61,100 bases of DNA from assembly GCA_905178155.1 (NCBI GenBank), contig CAJINV010000015.1:1112142-1173241 (forward strand), in the 5' to 3' direction. Every line of letters starts with the position of its first letter. The first letter of the stretch is position 1. The notes under the pieces were generated by a model. The model had not been told where the DNA came from. It made no database searches and saw only the letters and a program-made list of their open reading frames with translations. This document shows, piece by piece, positions 49,293 to 58,200 of this stretch. The position numbers were made by a program, and so were the translations under genes. This stretch comes from Amoebophrya sp. A120 (taxonomy: Eukaryota; Protista; Dinoflagellata).

Positions 49293-52200
49293 CTACTGTT
49301 GGGCGCACATCTCTTCGAAGGGCGACGAGTCGTCTGGGGGGTCTGGCTATCAACTGTAAAAATGTCTGGGTCTGGAAGAGTGTTAAACTTGTCATGCAGG
49401 TTTTCCGTGACCCATGAGGTCTGAAATGCGGGATCTAGCATGACAGAGTCTGTGAGGTCTCTGCTATGCCTATGCTGCATGAGAAATTCCCTCCCACCTT
49501 GGTCGAAAGTGGACAGCTTTTGGCCCTCATGCACCACAGATTTTCGCATTATTCGGACCAGCCATGCTCCGGCTGCCGCCGGAGCGCAAGGCTGTTGGGC
49601 CGGGGCAAGACTGTTTGCCGATCGGACCATAATGCCACGGGCCTAATATAATGCACGACGAAACATACTGGAGTCCTGCCGCCTGTTTGCGCCGCGCCAA
49701 CCCGCAGGGCCACTTGCGCGCTTCCCGCGCCTGTGGGCGCTCTGCGCACGGGGCAGCTGCAAAGAACACCGGGGGCGAACAGAAGCCGCCCGGCGCGAGA
49801 GGGTTGCCGTAGCGCGAGAGGGCGGCGCGAGAGGGTGGCGCGAGAGGGTGCGCGAGAGGGTGCGCGAGACGGTAGCGCGAGAGGGTTCGGGCCGGCCTAT
49901 GCATGAAAAGGCCGCAAAAAAACAGCTCTGCGCCGAGCGGATTCGGGTTTTTTTACCCCTCTCGCAGACCCTCTTTTTCACCTCTTCCGAGAGGTGTTGC
50001 TAATAGTCCGGCTATACTCGCCGGTAGAGGTCTACAGAGGTGGCCGAGAGGTGGCCCAGAGGGAGGGTGTGCGGGAGGTTCCTCCTTATTCGCGCAACCT
50101 CTCGGCACCCCTGTCCCCCTCTCGCTTACCCTCTCGGGACCCTCTCGGCCACCTCCGGGCCCCATAGGCGCGGCTTTAGGGTGAACGGTTCGGCTGGCTA
50201 TACCCGCGCCACCTCTCGGCCACCCTCCCGAACGACCTCCCGCGCCACCCCTCCACCTCTGTCGACCTCTTTTGGACCTCTGTCGACCTCTTTTTGACCT
50301 CTCGGCCACCTCCCTTAGACCCTCTGTAGACCTCTTTTTTCGCATGAATATAATAGATAGTAATTTAGCATGACAAGTTACATTCTTCCAGACCCAGACA
50401 TTTTTGCATTTGATACTGGCGACGGCACTCGACCCCCATCGTCTTGCTTCCCGCCGCTGAATTTTCCCTGTTTTCCCTTGCCTTTCTTACCTGGTTTGCC
50501 ACTGTAGAAATTGAAATCCTTAGAAGTTGTTTTTCCTTCGCCCTTCTTCGTGCCGAGCTTTCTACCCTTTTTCGACATGATCGTACCGCCCTTCATGTCG
50601 TCGTAAGAAGCGCCGAAAGCTGCCATTCCATATTCTTGGTCGTAAGATTGTTCCCACTGTTGTCCTGTTTCTACCCAGGTCCCAGATTCCTCGTCCCAGT
50701 AAAAATTGTATTGCCCAGCAGAAGCTCCTTCGTGGTCCCAGCCCGTGTTGTAATCTTCATAATTCGCAGTTCCGGCATTTTCCAACCCAAACAGTTCCGG
50801 CATGAGAGAGTACACAACGGCCAATCCAAGTCCCGCGACGAGCAAAACGATTAACACGATCACGAAGACCAACCAGCCGGTCGATAAAGAGCCTTTATCT
50901 TCTGGCGGTTTTTCCTCTTCTATTTGCGCCGAAATGCTCATCATTTTCTGGTCGATGGTCGTTTTATCCGTGGTCCCAATAGCGGACGGGACCGAGAAGG
51001 TGTCTGTCTTGGCCAACTCATTTACGTACGTGTTGTAGATTTCTTGGAGGGATAGGAGCCCACTCGACTGCTGTTGCACCTGTTGCTGCTGCTGCTCCGG
51101 GGTCAGTCCGGCCTGTTCCGCCGCAGTTGGAGGCACAATTATTCCATCTGGAGAAGATGTAGGTGTAGTTGAAGCACCAACTGCAGCATCTGCAGCAGCT
51201 TGTTCTTTACCTCCGCCTGCTTCCGGCTTCAACAACTTCGAGTAGTAGAATTGTCGGAAATTTTCCAAGTACTTTCTTGTCAGCATGTCATCTATGCAGT
51301 GCAAAAGTATCGCACTCCCACTCGTATAAATGCATTACAACTTTCCTCAGTATGAGAAACAAAATTTCTAATGCTGATTTGCCTTAGGGAAAAGATTTGT
51401 AATGCATGCTTGCAATACGAGTACGATACTTTTGCACAGGATATCATCCTCGCGCCAGCAATGGTCCATGATTGCCAAGTCGGCCTTGGTATCAAGTGCA
51501 AAAATGTCTGGGCCTGGAAAAGTGTAAACTTGTCATGCGGATTTTCCATGACCCATGAGGTCTGGAATGCGGGACTTAGCATGACAGACTCTGCGAGGTC
51601 CCTGCCATGCCTATCCTGCATGAGTAACTCCCTCCCAACTTGGTCAAAAGTGGACAGCTTTTGGCAACCATGCAACACAGATTTTTGCATGCTTCAGACT
51701 TACCATGACAAGTCGCCACCTTCCAGACCCAGACATATTTGCAATGCATACTTGGCATGCTCAACGTTCCCCTTGTACTGAAACTCTTTCGCAAAAGCGA
51801 GGATGTAGGGCAGTTTCGGCTGCAAACCCACGGCTTCGGTCAGCAAGGAAACCTTTTTTGTCGTGGTGCCCACCTTATTTTTCGTCTTTTCACTTGTCTG
51901 CAGCTCTTTTGAGACAGTACTGGCGCGACTGGCTTGTGATGCAACGGCGTGGTCAGTAGCCGCGGTGGCGACCTTTATTTTTTTGTCCTCTTCTTTATTT
52001 TCGACAAACGAACTTGATGCGCCGCTGGTGCTGGACGAGCTGTTATTTTTCACAGGCGAAAAAACAGGGTCACCAAGAGCAGCCGTATTTGTTGTATCAT
52101 CCTTGTCATGATCATTCAACAACAGCTCCTTAAACTCCATCTTCCCCCACGTTTCGTGAAAATTCAAACTTGTCCTGCTTCTCACCGACTGGTGAACCTC

Positions 52201-55200
52201 CTTCGTGAAGTCCTTCAGCTTTCCCAAGTCCCGCTTCAGCCGCTGCGTTAACTCCAGGAGCGACCACGGCTGTTTATCCATTCGGTTTCGCTCTCCTTGT
52301 TCATCTGGTGGTTTTAGTAACTCTTGCCGGTTTTGTCCCTGCTCTTGGTGCGATGCAGGAAAAGATGAAGCTGCTATTCTTTTTGCAACTTCTTGTCCAC
52401 TCTGTCCTTGCTTCTGGTTGTTCGGCGGTGAAGATGAAGTTGGTGATACTACTCCTAGCTCTGGTTCTTGTGCTGCTGCCAGCCCCCCAGTGTTGTCAAA
52501 GGCTTCCAGATCGGTTTTCGCAAGTGATTCCGGACTCGATGTGTGAGTTGTCGAGTTCGTAGCGGAGAAAAACGACGCGGCCGCTGCACTAGCAGACGTA
52601 GCGGCAGAAACACCTGGCATTCTTATCACGCTTCGCTCTATGACTTGATCCTGCTGCTCCTCTACATGTTCCGGTGGCGGGGCTACAGTCTGTAGTTCCC
52701 CTTTCTGCTCTTGCTGGTGCTCGAAATGCGCCCGAGCTTCCTCTTCCATCACGGTTTGCGTTACTTTTTCTTCGTCGTACCCCGCTTCCATCGTCAGCTC
52801 CGCGTTTGCCAACGTTTTGATCACGAATTTCGGAAACCCAGCGTATTGGAAAATCGACAGACCCGGGTACAGCCTGGCTGTCATGCTGTCCGCAAAGGAA
52901 ATCTGCCCGTTCCCGCTCTCCGCCATGTACCGATCCGCGCACTGCACGAAGAGCGACACCTTCGGCTTGTGACTCAAACAAGCCTCGATCTATGAAGTGT
53001 AAAAATGTCTGGGTCTGGAAGAATGTCAGATTTGTCATGCAGCTTTTCCATGACCCGTGAGGTCTGGAATGCGAGACCCAGCATGACAGATTCTTTGAGG
53101 TCTCTATCATGCCGTTCCTGCATGAGCAACTCCCTCTCAACTTGGTCAAAAGCGGACAGCTTTTGGCACTCACGCAACACAGATTTTTGCATCATTTAGA
53201 TTTAGCATGACAAGTTCCAATCTTTCAGACCCAGACATTTTTACATTTGATACGATCTCGTGCATGCCAATGTCGTGCGGGAAGCTGCACCGCGGGTGGG
53301 ATTCTATCCTGAGTAAAAACGTCCCCACACCAGAGTTGTCATGCAGATTTGCAATGACAGGAACATTTGTAATGCGCATCGCCAGGAGAGGCATTTTTAG
53401 TCGTGTTTTGGAATTACTATCTAAACTGCAGCAGCTGGTCAAAAATGCAGGTGAGGGGTATGCTCGGGGGTATGTTCGGGGGTGTGTCAGGGGTATGCAA
53501 ATGCTCCTCAATCACGAGCGGACTGCAATTTTTTGCCGAAAAGCCAACAGGTGGGGTATAAACATACCCCAGACACACCCCAGACACACCCCAGACATAC
53601 CCCAGACAGACCCCCGAACATACCCCAGGCAAAAAGTCCGAACATACCCCAGACACACCCCGGGCAGACTTTCGGACACACCCCGGGCAGACTTTCGGAC
53701 ACACCCCGACCAAATTTTCGGACTTTGTCACGTGAGGCTTGGACCCGAAGTCCAGTCTGTCACGCGAGACCGTGCGGCCAAGGGGCGAAAGCCCTAGGCC
53801 AGCGCGGGGTCTCGGTCCCCGCGTCATGGCCTAGGGGCCAGCTGTGGGCGCTTCCCGGACAGACACCGTGCGGCCAAGGGGCGAAAGCCCTAGGCCTGCG
53901 TGGGGACTCGGTCCCCGCGTCATGGCCTAGGGGCCAGCTGTGGGCGCTTCCCGGACACCGTGCGGCCAAGGGGCGAAAGCCCTAGGCCAGCGCGGGGACT
54001 CGGTCCCCGCGTCATGGCCTAGGGGCCAGCTGTGAGCGCTTCCCGGACACCGTGCGGCCAAGGGGCGAAAGCACTTCCTAGGCCAGCGCGGGGACTCGGT
54101 CCCCGCGTCACGGCCTAGGGGCCAGCTGTGAGCGCTTCCCGGACACCGTGCGTCAAAGTAGGCCAGCGTGGGGACTCGGCCCCCGCGTCATGGCCTAGGG
54201 GCCAGCTGTGAGCGCTTCCCGGACACCGTGCGGCCAAGGGGCGAAAGCCCTAGGCTAGCGCGGGGACTCGGTCCCCGCGTCATGGCCTAGGGGCCAGCTG
54301 TGCCGGAGCGCTTCCCGGGCACCGTGCGGCAAAGGGGCGAAAGCCCTAGGCCAGCGCGGGGACTCGGTCCCCGCGCCATGGCCTAGGGGCTAGCTTGCGG
54401 GCAGCACTTCCCGCGAATCCGTGCGGCCAAGGGGCGAAGGCCCTAGGCCAGCGCGGGGACTCGGTCCCCGCGTCATGGCCTAGGGGCCAGCTGTAAGCGC
54501 TTCCCGGACACCGCGCGGCCAAGGGCGGGGCGAAACCCCTAGGGCAGCGCGGGGACTCGGTCCCCGCGCCATGGCCTAGGGGCTAGCTCGCAGCACTTCC
54601 TGTGACCCCGTGCGGCCAAAGGGCGAAAGCCACCCCTGCCTAGGCCAGCGCGCGCGGGGACTCTGCCCCCGCTGCATTGCCTAGGGGCCAACTGCGAGCG
54701 CTTCCCGGGCACCGTGCTGCCAAGGGGCGAAAGCCCTAGGCCAGCGCGGGGACTCGGTCGGTCCCTCCCCGCGCCATGGCCTAGGGGCCAGCTCGCTGCG
54801 AGCGCCCGCCGGCGAAACCGTGCGGCCGAGTTAGGGGCGAAAGCCCTAGGCCAGCGCGGGGACTCGGTCCCCGCGTCATGGCCTAGGGGCCAGCTGTGAG
54901 CGCTTCCCGGGCACCGTGCGGCCAAGGGGCGAAAGCCCTGGGCCAGCGCGGGGACCCGGTCCCCGCGTCATGGCCTAGGGGCCAGCTGTGCCGGAGCGCT
55001 TCCCGGACACCGTGCGGCCAAGGGGTGAAAGCCCTAGGCCAGCGCGGGGACTCGGTCCCTGCGCCATGGCCTAGGGGCTAGCTTGCAGGCAGCACTCCCC
55101 GCGAATCCGTGCGGCCAAGGGGCGAAAGCCCTAGGCCAGCGCGGGGACTCGGTCCCCGCGTCATGGCCTAAGGGCTAGCTAAGAACACTCCCCGGACAGC

Positions 55201-58200
55201 ACACCGCGCGGCCAAGGATGGAAGGCGCAGAGAAGGGCCCTAGGGAAGTGCGGGGACTCTGTCGCCGCGTCATGACCTGGGGGCCGGCTCCAGACCCGGC
55301 GCGCGCCAGTTTCTTCTTTTTCTTTGCGCGCGGCCGGCTAATGAGTCTAGTGTAGTGCGCGCAAGCAAGGGGGCCGCGTCCGCAGGCCCGTCGCGGGCCA
55401 GTGAACGCAAGGCGCACCGAGATACCTAGCTGCAGGCGACCTGCCTTCCCAGTGCCACCGCGCAGACAAATGCCGGAAGGTCGCCGCACGGGGACTCTGT
55501 CCCCGTGCTCGGACCTTGTTTGTAATGCTGTAAACAGGATGAGCAGATGGATTTCTGATGCAGCTGGCCTTGCGAACCTGCACTACACTACGGACTGCAA
55601 CTTGTGTTGCGTGACCCCCAAAAGTTCTAGGTTTGTGTTGCAAATTCCCCATCTTGACTCTGGTGTGGGGATGTTTTTACTCAGGATAGACTCCTGGTAA
55701 GTTTTGTCACTGCTGAAAATTCCCCCCACAGCTAACTCCTTCCCGGGGTGAAAGCCGCAACAGTTGAAGCTGCTTGGCACCCGTTTCGGGTTTCCGAACC
55801 GTTTGTGCGCCTCGCAGATATCCGTGCCCGCTTTCATCCGCTTTACGTGCATGTTGCTGAAGTCGGTTGCTTCCTGAGGCAACGAGTGCAAATTTGCGTC
55901 TTGTTTGCTGTCCCCGCAACAGCTCTCGGTTTCTAAAGAGGACGGCTCCTCTTTCACTTTCGCGGCCCCGTTCTCAATCTGGATCTTTTCTGCGCCTTGG
56001 CTCGCCTCCCCGGGAAGACCGGGGAGACCCTTCGGTGCTTTTTCATCGATCACCGGCTCTTCCTCATTCAGCATGTTCCGTCCCATGGAGCCGGGGAGCG
56101 CCATCTTAGTACCCATTTTCATCCCCTTCATGGCCATGCCCCCGCCGGGAATCATGCTGCCGATGTTAATCATGTTCTTGCCGACGTCGCGAAAGTTGGT
56201 GCCCATCCCGAGCCAGCCCTTGTCCTCCTTGTAAAACTCCACATCGCCGTTCTTCACTTTTTCCGCATACGCTAACAGATCCAAGTGCACCTCCGCCGGC
56301 ATGTCCTTCATGCACATTTCGTTCAACGCCTTCTCGTGCGCCGCGGTCCGCTCCCACGACTTGCCCACTTTGATCTTGATCGACTCCTCGACTTTCTCCT
56401 TATACGATTTTTGGTACGCCACGCACTCGTGTCGGTGGCAGCCGCCAATTTTCCCGTCGCAATTGCCGATGCGGCCGGAGTTCCACACACCGGAATTGTC
56501 GTCCCCGAAGATCGGGCCGCTGATCTTCTTCCAGACACCCTTCGCGACGTTTTCCAGCCGCGGAAACCCGTCGCATTCCCCTTCGTTATCCTCAGTAAAA
56601 ACGTCCCCACCCCAGAGCAGTTGTCATGCAACTGCGCAATGACAGGGACATTTGCAATGCGCAGCGCCATGAGAGGCATTTATTCCAATCGTGTGTTGGA
56701 ATTTGTAATGCTGTAAACAGGATATAGAAAGTGGCTTTCTCATGCGGCTTCCCTTGCATAGCAGCACTACACTGCAGAGGAAAACTTGTCATGCACAGCT
56801 CCCAAAACTTTGAGATTTGTGTTGCTAAATTCCCAACTTGATTATGGGGTGTGGGGGCGTTTTTGCTGAGGATATTCGTCCTCGTTTCTCCGACAACAAA
56901 TCCCGTTGCCCATCAAATGCAAATATGTCTGGGCCTGGAAGATTGCGAGACTTGTCATGCTGGTCTGGCATGCCTCAGCACTCTGTATTGCGTGGCCACC
57001 AGGAGGTCCTCTTGCCTGTCACACAAAAGCGCAGTTTCTCATGCAAAAAACGCAGCACAGGAGCACGAAAAAACTTGTCATGCTTGGCGGCGCATTACAT
57101 ACAGAGCACGTCTTGTTCACGGACTTGCATCACAAGTTTCCGGACCCAGGATCAGACATATTTGCAATGCATATTACCGCACTTGTCACAAAATCCGCCC
57201 ATCTGGCACTCCTTGTCGCCCGACTCAAAGCAGTCGTCGACTCCGTCGGTGATTATCTCCTGGATATTCGGGACGCAAACGTGTTCCCCCGCGCCGCCAA
57301 AATCCCCCGTGCACGCCCCCTCGGTCACCCCGTGGCGGCAGCAAATCCCCTTGTGCTGGTCGTTTTCGTCGGGCGACTTGTTGCAAAAATTGCACTTCGA
57401 CCCCCCGTGCTGGCAGTGCTGCAAACTCGTGGAGCCGGTGCCGAGAAAGGCTTCGGTTTTCTCCACAATAACCCCCAGGTCGACATTCACGTCCTCACCG
57501 GTGAAGGTCGATCCGATGGTGTTCGCCATTTTCTCCATCGGCTGGAGTATGGTGCCCTTTGAGGTTTTGTACACCCCGTCGGTGAAACATTCAAAACCGT
57601 AGTTTTTCATTTGCGAAACCTGGACTAGGAACTTGTCCGGCGGCTCGAAGCGAGATGCCGAAGCAACATCTTTGTCGTCTTTTCTTCTTCTCTTATTTCT
57701 ACGTGTCGTTGCTTGCTTTTTCTTGCGCTGTTGTAGCTCTTCTTGTTCGAGTACCTTCTCCTGTTGCAAAAATGCGTCCGCTGTTTCGTCTGGGGGTATC
57801 AAATGTAAAAATGTCTGGGTCTGGAAGAATGCCAGACTTGTCATGCAGGCTTTCCATGACCCGCGAGGTCTGGTATGTAGGACATAGCATGACAGATTCT
57901 GTGAGAGTTCTTGTTCTATCATGCCTACTCTGCATGAGAAACTAGCTCTCGATTAGGTCAAGTGTGGACAGCTTTTGGTAATCATGCAACACAGCTTTTT
58001 ACATGATTCAGATTTAGCATGACAAGCCGCTTTTTTCCAGACCCAGACATTTTTGCATTTGATAGGGGGCATGTTTTCCTGATTCCGCTTCAACTGTTCC
58101 TGGAGCCATTTCTCGTGTTCCGACAGTCCCTCCTTCTCCTCTTCCACAACGACCTTCCGATCCACCAACACGACCACCAATTGCCGCGGCGTCCAGGGTG

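Larger units (their letters stand above)
53305..55688. mobile_element. Introner family D expanded to 2.4 kb
   Basis: TIR TATCCTGAGTAAAAAC.TCCCCACACCAGAGT, TSD GATTC/GACTC. Confidence 0.9.

Noticed and set aside
49558-50363. Copy 2 as a circular permutation of copy 1 (terminal TAGTAA)
   Set aside because: The same TTRCTA start occurs in all three Helitron-like inserts, so it is the true 5' end
53770-55215. Array as CRISPR or hammerhead retrozyme
   Set aside because: Units are head-to-tail without spacers, and no CUGANGA core was seen
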